Positions 18,740-28,022 of a stretch of DNA of 64,000 nucleotides are shown in pieces. The stretch's first letter is position 1, and each line of letters starts with the position of its first letter. Location: contig OZ244042.1 in assembly GCA_965215015.1 (NCBI GenBank), forward strand, positions 5,063,354 through 5,127,353, read 5' to 3'. Under the pieces are notes generated by a model. It was given only the letters and a program-made list of their open reading frames with translations. It was not told where the DNA came from and ran no database searches. Origin of the DNA: Candidatus Poribacteria bacterium (lineage in GTDB: Bacteria > Poribacteria > WGA-4E > PCPOR2b). The translations under genes were made by a program, and so were the position numbers.

Positions 18740-19831
18740 CTATTTTGACACTGCGCCAACGTATGCAAGCCCAAACCCCTCCTGTGTACGTTGGTCGCCA
18801 ATGTTTTTGTAATGCAAACAATCTAAAATTGCATCGGTTTTTTCGTCGTTGATCAACCGAAAATAGTAAACACTCCCAGCAGGTACCGCGCGATACGCCT
18901 GTTTGGGACGGCGGTGTGCAACATCCCAACCCCCAATAGTCACGTAATTCCCTACCGCGGCAGTAATTAACTCAATATCCCCGTAAAAACACTCAGGCAA
19001 CCAACCATCATTAAAAATCGCATGGGTTGCTAAATAGAGTTTGAATTTTCCAGAGTCACGCACCATGTCTCGGATTGTGGAACGGTCATCAACCGAAATC
19101 GGGTCAGGCTTCTGGGAAGCTACCTCGTAGGTAAAACCTTTGCCCTCGCCGCCAAGTTTTATCAGTCCACTTTTAGGAAGCCGATCAATTCCATCAACAT
19201 CAACGACAAATCCGAATTCCGAATTGCGGAAGCGTTTCAGGTTAATTCGATAAAGCATACTTTCGTCAGTTGCCAGCGTTCTGTGGCTTCGGGCGATACC
19301 CACCTTCGGTTCATCCATGATAAAACTCGACTCTTCTGATGTTAGGCCCGAAGTTTCACCGAGCAGATATTTCCGCAAGTTATCGTACGAGATATAGCCA
19401 CCTGCATGTTCAACCTGCATTTCGGAATTGTCCCATGTCAGGAGGGTGGACAATTTGGAACTTGAAGGAAACGTGTCGTGCTGTGATTCGATCGATAGCG
19501 GATATAGTATCGCGTTTCCCGATTTCTTTTCGGATACCAAGTCGCGTGGGGTTGGATAGTAAAGAGGTCCATCGCCGCGTCCTAAAAACACTCCCTTGAT
19601 TTGGATTGATGCACCCGCGAGCGACTGTTTTGTACCAATAATTGATTTCATCTCACCACTGGTAAACTGTGCCATATCGCCGCAGAAAGCGATATAAGCG
19701 GTTCGCAATGCACCCATTACAGTTGAAGGAAATGGAGTGTCAATTGAGTAACCCTCCGATTGCTCTCCCCGTGTAAAGGGACGGCCATCTCGGAAGAAAA
19801 AGGTATCATTCGGTTTCAGAAACAGTCTCAT
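18740..19831 (-). CDS. cmr3: Cmr3 (type III-B)
   Basis: MRLFLKPNDTFFFRDGRPF...TPFPSTVMGALRTAY matches the Cmr3 N-terminal signature (F-x-F-R-D-x-R-P-F ... P-x-P-S-x-x-x-G-A-L-R). Confidence 0.75.
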   Translation of the reverse strand: MRLFLKPNDTFFFRDGRPFTRGEQSEGYSIDTPFPSTVMGALRTAYIAFCGDMAQFTSGEMKSIIGTKQSLAGASIQIKGVFLGRGDGPLYYPTPRDLVSEKKSGNAILYPLSIESQHDTFPSSSKLSTLLTWDNSEMQVEHAGGYISYDNLRKYLLGETSGLTSEESSFIMDEPKVGIARSHRTLATDESMLYRINLKRFRNSEFGFVVDVDGIDRLPKSGLIKLGGEGKGFTYEVASQKPDPISVDDRSTIRDMVRDSGKFKLYLATHAIFNDGWLPECFYGDIELITAAVGNYVTIGGWDVAHRRPKQAYRAVPAGSVYYFRLINDEKTDAILDCLHYKNIGDQRTQEGFGLAYVGAVSK

Positions 19832-21713
19832 CCGTTTTGCCTCCCCGCGCGATAAAGTTGATAATCTCCAAAAAACTGATAAAGTCGTCAAATTTCATCC
19901 GCTCATTAGCCAGCAGAACGGTTAAATCTTGAACATTTTTATCAATCCTCTGTTGAAGTTCTGTATCCGAACGAACTTTTTCACTCGTTGCATGTCGGAT
20001 CAGGCGTGCAAGTTCAGACTCAATAATGCCCGGTAATTTAAGGCCGCCATCGCGATCGGTCAGACGCGTAAAGACATCGCGGAAAGTATACATGAATTTC
20101 TTGGAAACTTCACCTTTTTGGATAATTTCAACGAGGTTTTGACTCGCTTTAATCATATCAATATTTTCAGGGCCTTCAACCTCGTATTTCCATTTAAAAA
20201 CTGTCTGCGAGATGTTACCAGAACGTTTCAACAACGCGATACCGAGGGCGTTTTTCCCTTCAACGGATTTCGCTTCCTGCTCCATAGTACGGGCTCGACT
20301 CAACACAGCACCAAGCGGCACTTTGCAATGGGCGATACAGACCCCTGCAGATGCTGTTGATGCCAAATTCTCATCGCGGCTTAAGTTTGGAAAATCCCAT
20401 CGAAGCCGATCAAGGATTTTCAGCAAATCACTTAAGTTTGCCAAGGCGAGCACATCGTCGCCCCCAGCGTAGATGAGCTTTCCAAGGTAGTCTCTATCCA
20501 CGATCCGCCGAACTTTTGTCGTATACTTATTCAGTTGCCTGCTAATCTCCGTATGTGCTTCCCAGCCCTTGGCCCGTGAAATGGTTTCTCCCATCCCGTC
20601 TCCGTCAAGGGCAATTACCGCAAAGTATCGGTTCGGATCGAAGCCAATCTTATTAACTAAGCGTTGACGCAATTTCTCGCACCGCTTAATTGAAAAACGC
20701 TGCGCGTTTCTATCAATTCCGTAGTCACGTTCAAGATTTTGTGTCGAAAACGACTCTTCAAAAAGCCAGTCTCCATCAACATTCCAAGTTTTCTGGATCT
20801 TTTTGATCTTGAGTTTTGGCACCGGATCCACAAGCTGATTGTTATTAGTACCTCCAAGTGTGCTAACCGACTTAACAAACTTCTTGTATATCTCTATTGC
20901 ATCGTCATCATCTGCAATCCGAAGTTTGAAGTCAGCAGTGGACACCTCCGATGTTGATTGAAAAGAGAGGGTTCCGATCTCCTCATATCTTTCACCAAAA
21001 TACAATCCCGTGAGACGTTTGGTGAGACAAACCGTGCAAAGTGCCTCACCCCGGCGGCAATATCTTGCACTACGCTGTGCAAACCGCTGCCACCATTCCA
21101 TTGGATTGCTTTTGCCGTTATGAAATATCTCTCGTTCCCCGCAGAGCGAGCATTTCCGCCCACTTTCGGCAACCTGATGAAAGGCACGGCAGTTTTTGAC
21201 GGATGCGAGCCGCGTTCCAGTTTGGGCATACCAATCCTTGTACTCCTCACCGCCCCTACTCGAAACTACCCAGTAGAGCTCCAAAAAATGCTTAGTCTGT
21301 TTTCTAAAAAGCTCAACCGCGTAAGTATCGTTCCACGTTTGATCATCAACCGTCTTAGCAAAGGTATCAACGGCATGTTTTGCCATCTTCTCAAATTCGC
21401 ATTGGACAGCCGCTTCGACATGTTTCATTGTGTCGGTTAATTCGCGGATTGACAACTCTTCACTCAGAGCGAGAAAGAGATTGGGAAACGATGGCAGCGT
21501 AATATCTCTGCCTTCCCAGAATTCAAAAGGTGAATCACTTTCAATTGAAGGATAGATGATTTTGACACCATCTTTAGGGTAAATCTGATTGATTGCAGTA
21601 GCATTGAGATATGATAGAATGTAGCTGCCGAGCCACAAATCTTCCGTTTTTCGTGCTGTCGTGATAAACTTCTGTACGGGCGTAATCGTGAATAAGATGA
21701 GATTTTCAGTCAT
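19806..21713 (-). CDS. cas10: Cas10/Cmr2, HD-domain-less, cyclase GGDD motif intact
   Basis: N-terminus FTITPVQKFITTARKTEDLWLGSYILSYL (Cas10 post-HD region starts at residue 1); treble-clef Zn finger CSLCGE...CTVC; palm motifs ALDGDGMG and YAGGDDVLAL. Confidence 0.85.
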   Translation of the reverse strand: MTENLILFTITPVQKFITTARKTEDLWLGSYILSYLNATAINQIYPKDGVKIIYPSIESDSPFEFWEGRDITLPSFPNLFLALSEELSIRELTDTMKHVEAAVQCEFEKMAKHAVDTFAKTVDDQTWNDTYAVELFRKQTKHFLELYWVVSSRGGEEYKDWYAQTGTRLASVKNCRAFHQVAESGRKCSLCGEREIFHNGKSNPMEWWQRFAQRSARYCRRGEALCTVCLTKRLTGLYFGERYEEIGTLSFQSTSEVSTADFKLRIADDDDAIEIYKKFVKSVSTLGGTNNNQLVDPVPKLKIKKIQKTWNVDGDWLFEESFSTQNLERDYGIDRNAQRFSIKRCEKLRQRLVNKIGFDPNRYFAVIALDGDGMGETISRAKGWEAHTEISRQLNKYTTKVRRIVDRDYLGKLIYAGGDDVLALANLSDLLKILDRLRWDFPNLSRDENLASTASAGVCIAHCKVPLGAVLSRARTMEQEAKSVEGKNALGIALLKRSGNISQTVFKWKYEVEGPENIDMIKASQNLVEIIQKGEVSKKFMYTFRDVFTRLTDRDGGLKLPGIIESELARLIRHATSEKVRSDTELQQRIDKNVQDLTVLLANERMKFDDFISFLEIINFIARGGKTDETVSETE

Positions 21714-21722
21714 TATGCATTC

Positions 21723-22532
21723 CTATGCCAAAATTGCATCAATGAAATCCGCCTGTTTCTGCTCGTATGCAAAAACAGAGTTAAGTTGTGTGACAATCGG
21801 GGCAAATTTATCGGCGACTTTCTGGATACGAACATGAATCGGCGAAGCCATCCGAGGGTTGGCACTCCCCAAAGCATTATCCCTGTGATCATGTGTTGCC
21901 TGGCCAATCCTGCGGAGGAGCCTATTGACCTCCTCGCATGTATCACCCAAATAAATCGCTTGGATCGCCGGGTAGTCTGGAATCGGAGTTGTGGGAGCAA
22001 CCTGAATCTTATTAGGATGTTTCTGGAATCGCCCCGGCAAGATCCCATCAAGCGTTTGAAACACTTTGTCTTGGAGTTCCGCGACGGTATCAAAACTCCA
22101 ATCTTGATAACGAATTGAGCCAAATCCGCGTCGCGAACGATTGCCAACACCGCCGAGCAAGAAGCCAAGTTTGGCGATTTTTTCGTACTCGTTAAGTTCT
22201 GGGGCCGCGAGTATAAGGTTAAATCTGCCGTTAGGAAGATAAGCTTGGCTCTTAAAGCTACCAGATTTATGCGGGAGGGGAGCATATTCGCCACGCTGCA
22301 ATGCAGCGAGACCAGAAATACGAACCGATAAAGGAGATCTGCCTTGCGTATTACCGAATAAGCGGCTTTCCCTTTCGCGCAAATTGTCCCCGTCTATTTC
22401 CCCCACCGTTCCCCGCCACCAGTAGCGAAATAGGGCTTTAAACGGCGGTGGTCGAAGTTCGGGCTTTTGGTTATCTGGCCCATGAAGAAACATCGGTGTC
22501 ACGGTTTCAAGTTTCAATTGAACACTTTGCAT
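21723..22532 (-). CDS. cmr1: Cmr1 (type III-B RAMP)
   Basis: LETVTPMFLHGPDNQ..ELRPPPFKALFRYWWR matches the Cmr1 RAMP N-terminal motif; ATG 22532 preceded by AAGGAG. Confidence 0.7.
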   Translation of the reverse strand: MQSVQLKLETVTPMFLHGPDNQKPELRPPPFKALFRYWWRGTVGEIDGDNLRERESRLFGNTQGRSPLSVRISGLAALQRGEYAPLPHKSGSFKSQAYLPNGRFNLILAAPELNEYEKIAKLGFLLGGVGNRSRRGFGSIRYQDWSFDTVAELQDKVFQTLDGILPGRFQKHPNKIQVAPTTPIPDYPAIQAIYLGDTCEEVNRLLRRIGQATHDHRDNALGSANPRMASPIHVRIQKVADKFAPIVTQLNSVFAYEQKQADFIDAILA

Positions 22533-22689
22533 TGTGCTCTCCTTGAACTGGACTTTAGTCATCCAAAGCAGTAAAATCCGTGAAATTACTTCAACACGTC
22601 TAAAATTTTGTTAAAAAAATTGCCATTGAAATACAGTTCACATATCATCACACGGTTTAAGTTACATCTCCCGAACACTTTGCAATTTT

Positions 22690-22790
22690 CTAGAAATGTA
22701 GCATAATACATCCCTACTTTAATGTCAACACTTTTTTCCGAGCGTACGGAAATCCGAACGGGCAATAAATTGCCCTACTACAAACCAGGG
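22690..22790 (-). promoter_or_regulatory. Promoter/operator-like element upstream of cmr1 (copy A of duplicated ~120-bp element)
   Basis: On minus strand TTGACA (22728-22723) - 17 nt - TATGCT (22705-22700); upstream palindrome GGGCAATAAATTGCCC and the TACTACAAACCAGGG block. Highly similar to copy B. Confidence 0.5.
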
Positions 22791-22801
22791 GGTTTTCCGC
22801 T

Positions 22802-24562
22802 TCAGTCAAGCCAATGGTGCTCGCCCTGCACAAACGCATTGCTTTCCTGTTCTTCCGTTGGTCGGCGGTCGATGAGGGCAAAGCGTTTCACCGGGCGATC
22901 CAGTTTTTGGGCCTCTTCGACTAGGCGTTGCACAATCAACCCCATCAGTGTTGAGCCACCAGTCATGTTGGCTATTACCTGGTCGGCACACAATAGATAA
23001 ACCCGAGCACGTTCCGCTACCGCATCGATCTCATCAAAACCGCCGATCGGGTCTATCAATTCAACCTGTTCAATGCGCCCTTCAAAGCCCGCATGACTAG
23101 CAGCTTCAAGAATACCGCCTGCTGATGCTTCTGAACAAATCATCAAACAGGTATCGGGTTGGGCGACCTTTATTGCCGAGAACAATACGCCCGGCCGCAG
23201 CCCTTGTGGTGAAAGCAGCAGGCGACCACCATTACCGCCCAATGGGGGCAGGTTAACGGAACCCTTTTTCAGTTCATTCCAAAAATTCCGAACCGCTTCA
23301 AGAGATTTGGGAGCCTCTTCAAACACCTCTTCACGCATTGCATGATGGTGAAGTGCATTGCGTAACTCGTTCGCCAGCTGATTCCAGAAGGTGCCGAATT
23401 TTTTCTGCTCCGATGTACTATCTCCGGTTTTGGCAAAGGCACCGAGAGCCCCAAGGCGGTGCTCATACTGCTGCCGTATTTCGCGGGTCAACCAAGCTCC
23501 AGTCTGCTCGTCGAGATTGTCTGACTTCCAAATTGCCCAAGAGACTACCCACTCCCGCATTAGACCAGCTGCGAGTGAGAGTTGGCCGCGTTCTAGATAC
23601 AAATCAATCATATCAGCCTGACGTTCCAACTCATTTTCATCCAAAAGGATGCTCTGTTTCCATTGCCTCCTCTCTGGAGTCTTTGCAAAGGCCGATTTCC
23701 TTGCCACACTGACGATAGTCTTGGTTAGTTCATCAACCAATGGTGGGAGGCCGGCAACATCCATGAGGGGCAGTTTCTCAATTGAATCAATAAGCTCCCT
23801 ACTGGCTTTTTCTAATTCTAGGGGTAAGGCAGACTCGTAAGCAAATGCATACTTTTCAAGCCCAGCAACGGAATACCCGACTTGCTTAACTTGGTCTACC
23901 AGCTTTTGAGCTTCACTCTTTTTATTTTTCTTAAATAAATTCGCCTTTTCCTCATCTAGTCTATCTGCCAGCGGCTGGAGGAGGTCCGCCATGGGCTTGG
24001 TTGTTCCCTGATCTCGAAACATCCGTACCGCGTGGAACCATTCCGGCAATTCGAGTAATGGCTGCAGGTCAATTATGGGCTTCACGTCTTCTGGATCTTC
24101 AAACATACCGTAGTAGGCACCGCGAATCTTGACCCCGCGAAGCGATTTAAGGTAAAGCACCAAAGCATAGAAGATAAATGGAAAATGTCGTAGCCCATGG
24201 GTAACATCAAGCGTGAGTTCTGCGCCTTCTGGAATACGGTTGGCAACAGATTCAAGAATCTGACTAATTTCTTCACGGTTGTTTCCGTTGGGGATATCAA
24301 CCACTTCAGGGACAAAGCCTAGCGTCTCACAAATTCCCGTCTGAAAGATTGGCCACGTCGTGTCCTTAGCTCCCTGCGTTATTACCACAACAACACGGTT
24401 AGGCAGCTGCTCTGGGGATAGAAGTTTCACCAAAGCTAATGGGGCAAGCTCTGCTTCATCTAGTTGCCCATTCATCTCGTATTTTGTTTTTTTTCTAGAT
24501 GTCCCCAGACTAGTCAGCAAAATATGCGGCACATTTGAGGAGGGGTGAGTTGTTATCTCCAT
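22802..24562 (-). CDS. csx1: Csx1 paralog (CARF + HEPN) with additional C-terminal CARF-like domain
   Basis: ILLTSLGTS; LTLDVTHGLRHFPF (Csx1 CARF signature); HEPN ELRNALHHH. C-terminal ~160 aa (LLLSPQGLRPGVLF...MTGGSTLMGL) resembles the N-terminal CARF-like region of the 13421..14515 protein (TVGTNPLP...TGGTKVM). Confidence 0.75.
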   Translation of the reverse strand: MEITTHPSSNVPHILLTSLGTSRKKTKYEMNGQLDEAELAPLALVKLLSPEQLPNRVVVVITQGAKDTTWPIFQTGICETLGFVPEVVDIPNGNNREEISQILESVANRIPEGAELTLDVTHGLRHFPFIFYALVLYLKSLRGVKIRGAYYGMFEDPEDVKPIIDLQPLLELPEWFHAVRMFRDQGTTKPMADLLQPLADRLDEEKANLFKKNKKSEAQKLVDQVKQVGYSVAGLEKYAFAYESALPLELEKASRELIDSIEKLPLMDVAGLPPLVDELTKTIVSVARKSAFAKTPERRQWKQSILLDENELERQADMIDLYLERGQLSLAAGLMREWVVSWAIWKSDNLDEQTGAWLTREIRQQYEHRLGALGAFAKTGDSTSEQKKFGTFWNQLANELRNALHHHAMREEVFEEAPKSLEAVRNFWNELKKGSVNLPPLGGNGGRLLLSPQGLRPGVLFSAIKVAQPDTCLMICSEASAGGILEAASHAGFEGRIEQVELIDPIGGFDEIDAVAERARVYLLCADQVIANMTGGSTLMGLIVQRLVEEAQKLDRPVKRFALIDRRPTEEQESNAFVQGEHHWLD

Positions 24563-24684
24563 AAGGATTGGCTCCAATTTTATTTTTACGCTTAAATTGA
24601 ATGGGTCTGCGAATGAGATACAATCCTTACGTCATTCCCATAATTGTATCTCCATCTTCTGAACACTTTTCGATTTCTGACCGC

Positions 24685-24805
24685 TAGAATGTAACACAAC
24701 ATCACTTTAATATCAACATTTTTTTACGTCTGGATGGGCAAAAAATGGCCCTACTACAAACCAAGGGAGTTTCGATTCTCTTCCTGTCTGAGCAATGGAT
24801 TGGGA
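24685..24805 (-). promoter_or_regulatory. Promoter/operator-like element upstream of long csx1 (copy B)
   Basis: Minus strand TTGATA (24716-24711) - 17 nt - TACATT (24693-24688); near-palindrome GGGCAAAAAATGGCCC; same block order as copy A, ~80 percent identity over ~120 bp. Confidence 0.5.
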
Positions 24806-24944
24806 TTCGGAGATCCCTCCTACAAGAGAACTAAATGCTCCTAGAGGCTGAAGCAAGAAATAGCGTTGATATACCGCCCCCGATGTGATACAATTTGTAA
24901 AAATGTTCAAGCGCGCTCATTACCCCAAGGAGGTTTATACAAAA

Positions 24945-26243
24945 GTGAAAAATAGGGATTGCACCTTGATGAGACGGTTCGCCATGGTGTTATTTGGTAC
25001 TTGGTATTTAATTGGTAGCGTGTTGAGTGCTAAAGCGGAGTGGCCCCAATGGAGGGGCCCCAATCGCGATGGAGTCTCCGATGAAGTAGGACTCCTCAAG
25101 GAGTGGCCCCCAAATGGCCCCAAAATGCTGTGGACAATCCCACTTGGAGAAGGGTTTTCTGGCATCTCCGTTTCTCAAGGGCATATCTATACCATGTTCT
25201 CCAAAGGGGATGACGAGTTTGTCGTCTGCCTCAACGCCACAGAGGGGCAGGAAATTTGGCGTTTCCGTTCCGATGACAATTACTATGAGGGTATGGGCGG
25301 CAATGGACCCCGTACGACGCCGACGATTGACGGGGATTTCCTCTATACAGTCAGTGCCCACGGCAAACTGTATGCCCTAAACGCTGCGAGTGGACAAGAG
25401 GTCTGGTCACATGACCTGCAGCAAAAGTTTGGAAGCAAAATGCCGAGATGGGGGTTCAGCACATCACCGCTGGTTGATGGGGAGCTGCTTCTGGTCGAAG
25501 CTGGTGGGACAGGTGAAAAATCCATCGTTGCTTTTAATAAAAACAGTGGTGATGTGATATGGAGTTCTCATAAAGACAAACTTGGATACTCATCGCCTAT
25601 TGCCATCACGGTCAAGGGGGTTCGACAAATCATCTGTTTTACAGGGACTCAGCTGGTTTCTCTCTCTCCAACCGATGGAACAATCTACTGGAAATACCGG
25701 TGGAAGACTGGCTACGATGTCAACGCCGCCACGCCAGTTTTTATTCCGCCGGATAAAGTCTTTATATCCTCCGGGTATGACAAGGGTGCCGCTGTACTGC
25801 AGATAAGGGTTTTCGTTTCGCCCGATCATGACCGCACGGCGATGCAGCAAATCAGGGAAAACCAAGGTATAGTGAGGATTAAAGAGATTTGGAAAAATCG
25901 CAAAATGAAGAACCAGTTTTCCTCGTCAGTGCTTTATGGGAATCATCTGTATGGATTTGACAATTCCATCTTAAAATGTATTGATGCAAACACCGGCGAG
26001 GAACAGTGGAAGATCCGTGGATTTGGAAAGGGTACGGTAATATTTGCTGATGGCCACTTGATTATTCTCAGCGATCGCGGCAAGCTGGCCTTAGCCGAGG
26101 CAACGCCCGCAGGATACATAGAGAAAACGAGTGCGAAAGTGCTGAGTGGACTATGCTGGACTGTACCGACGCTTGCAAACGGTAAACTTTATGTGCGAAA
26201 CGAAGGGGAAATGGTTTGCTTAGACATGACGGGGAAACATTAA
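24945..26243 (+). CDS. PQQ-like beta-propeller repeat protein, secreted
   Basis: Signal peptide (RRFAMVLFGTWYLIGSVLSAKA); WPQWRGPNRDG; repeated GxxYxxDxxTGExxW blades. GTG 24945 with GGAGG 11 nt upstream; alternative ATG 24969. Confidence 0.7.
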   Translation: MKNRDCTLMRRFAMVLFGTWYLIGSVLSAKAEWPQWRGPNRDGVSDEVGLLKEWPPNGPKMLWTIPLGEGFSGISVSQGHIYTMFSKGDDEFVVCLNATEGQEIWRFRSDDNYYEGMGGNGPRTTPTIDGDFLYTVSAHGKLYALNAASGQEVWSHDLQQKFGSKMPRWGFSTSPLVDGELLLVEAGGTGEKSIVAFNKNSGDVIWSSHKDKLGYSSPIAITVKGVRQIICFTGTQLVSLSPTDGTIYWKYRWKTGYDVNAATPVFIPPDKVFISSGYDKGAAVLQIRVFVSPDHDRTAMQQIRENQGIVRIKEIWKNRKMKNQFSSSVLYGNHLYGFDNSILKCIDANTGEEQWKIRGFGKGTVIFADGHLIILSDRGKLALAEATPAGYIEKTSAKVLSGLCWTVPTLANGKLYVRNEGEMVCLDMTGKH

Positions 26244-26543
26244 AAAACGGTTCATGTCGAAAGAAAGTGCAAAATGCTAAAGACGTGATGCGTGAAAACC
26301 ATTTGTTGATGGGTTCACTAATGAACTGGGGCGTGTTGACATTTTGCTATCACCAATTAGAAATCTTTAAATATCAATAATTTGTAGATTGGGCGTGCTC
26401 GCCGAACCTGTAGGTCTATATTCACATCTCGACACAAGACCGTCGATTTTGGAAAATTGACCTACTAAATCGGTTTCTGTTGCACGGTTTCTTAATATGA
26501 GCTTAAGAAATACCTTCATTACGTCGAGGAGATTTATATAACA

Positions 26544-27794
26544 ATGGAAGATAAAGTTTGCGCCTTGATTAGACGATTCATTGCGTTATTGTTTGGGGCT
26601 TGGTATTTAGTTGGTAGCGTCTTGAACGCTGAAGTAGCAGATAATAGCAAAGCAGATTGGCCTCAATGGCGTGGCCCAAATCGGGATGGAATTTCGTCTG
26701 AAACTGGCTTCCTCAAAAGTTGGCCCAAAGAGGGACCCAAAGTCTTGTGGCGAATTCCGTTTGGGGATGGCTATTCTGGTATATCCATCGCCCAAGGCAA
26801 GATCTATACGATGTTCGCCGAGGGTGATGATGAGTTTGTGATTTGCCTAGATACGTCTGATGGCAAGGAAATTTGGCGATTTCGGTCAGGTGCTAAATTC
26901 ACCGAGCAGCGCGGCGATGGCCCTCGCTCGATGCCGACTGTACACGGCGATTCGGTTTTTGCGCTAGGGGCAGCAGGCACGCTCTACGCCTTAAATGCAC
27001 GCAACGGGACGAAATTATGGGCACATAATTTTGTAGAGGAATTCAACAGCACTATCCCTACTTGGGGATTTTCGTCATCACCCCTAATTGAAGGCAATCT
27101 GCTCATCGTTGAAGTTGGCGGTAAAGATGAAAAAGCGATTGTCGCGTTCGACAAAACAAGCGGCGACGTAGTATGGACGAACCACACAGACGAGGTAGGG
27201 TATTCATCGCCCATTCCTATTGATTTCGGTGGGGTTCGACAAATTATTTTCTTAACGTCTAAGACGCTCCTTTCCTTGGCACCGGAGGACGGACAGATTT
27301 ACTGGAAGTACCCCTGGCCAGAAGGCATCAATATCGCCACACCGATTTTCATACCTGACGATAAAATTTTTATCTCCGCTTCCTACGATAAGGGTGCCGT
27401 ACTTCTCAGAATGATAGCTGATGAAGATGAGATAGAAATCAAGGAGGTATGGAAAAGCCGCGTGATGAAGAATCATTTCAACTCATCAGTGCTTCAGGGC
27501 GATTATCTATACGGTTTCGACAACGCTATCTTAACCTGCATTGAGGTAAACACCGGTGAAGAACAGTGGCGGCAGCGCGGCTTCGGAAAAGGTTCCTTGC
27601 TGCTTGCAGAGGGCTACCTAATAATCCTTGGCGAGGGCGGGAAACTGGCATTGGCTGAAGCCGCTCCCAGCGAATACAGAGAAAAAGCCCTTTTCCAATT
27701 ATTCGATGACAAATGTTGGACCGTACCAACGTTGGCTGGCGGAAAACTTTATCTCCGAAACCAGAAAGAGATGGTCTGTCTGGATTTGAGATAA
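26544..27794 (+). CDS. PQQ-like beta-propeller repeat protein, secreted (tandem paralog)
   Basis: ~60 percent identical to the previous gene product over its length (WPQWRGPNRDGISSETGFLKSWP...); lacks the ~30-aa insertion present in the first paralog. Confidence 0.7.
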   Translation: MEDKVCALIRRFIALLFGAWYLVGSVLNAEVADNSKADWPQWRGPNRDGISSETGFLKSWPKEGPKVLWRIPFGDGYSGISIAQGKIYTMFAEGDDEFVICLDTSDGKEIWRFRSGAKFTEQRGDGPRSMPTVHGDSVFALGAAGTLYALNARNGTKLWAHNFVEEFNSTIPTWGFSSSPLIEGNLLIVEVGGKDEKAIVAFDKTSGDVVWTNHTDEVGYSSPIPIDFGGVRQIIFLTSKTLLSLAPEDGQIYWKYPWPEGINIATPIFIPDDKIFISASYDKGAVLLRMIADEDEIEIKEVWKSRVMKNHFNSSVLQGDYLYGFDNAILTCIEVNTGEEQWRQRGFGKGSLLLAEGYLIILGEGGKLALAEAAPSEYREKALFQLFDDKCWTVPTLAGGKLYLRNQKEMVCLDLR

Positions 27795-28022
27795 TCGTTG
27801 GGGTAATCTAGCGAAGCGTTGATATTGATGTGGTTCACCTTAAAAAATCCTACAACAAAACCGTAGGTACTTGCATCCCGATTGATCAGGAGTCGGAGTT
27901 ATCCCACCTGTTCTTGCTAATGAACCAACGGTTTTCACGCTTCACTCTCTTAGCATTTTCCTTTTACATGAGCCATTGATGTTTCTCCACCACATTTTGA
28001 ATTTTATCTGAGAGGAGCTTTC

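Noticed and set aside
17748-18929. Tracker's 393-aa version of cmr4 (and 383-aa cmr3, 145-aa cmr5, 279-aa cmr1, 434-aa csx1, 591-aa csx1-long)
   Set aside because: The N-terminal extensions lack homology to the respective families, overlap the upstream gene extensively, and in several cases start with TTG. Internal ATGs with AAGGAG/GGAG RBS at the conserved N-terminal motif were chosen instead.
22761-22776. GGGCAATAAATTGCCC palindrome as rho-independent terminator of the long csx1
   Set aside because: No adjacent T-tract on the transcribed (minus) strand; the same palindrome occupies the same position in the duplicated promoter element, so it is more plausibly an operator.
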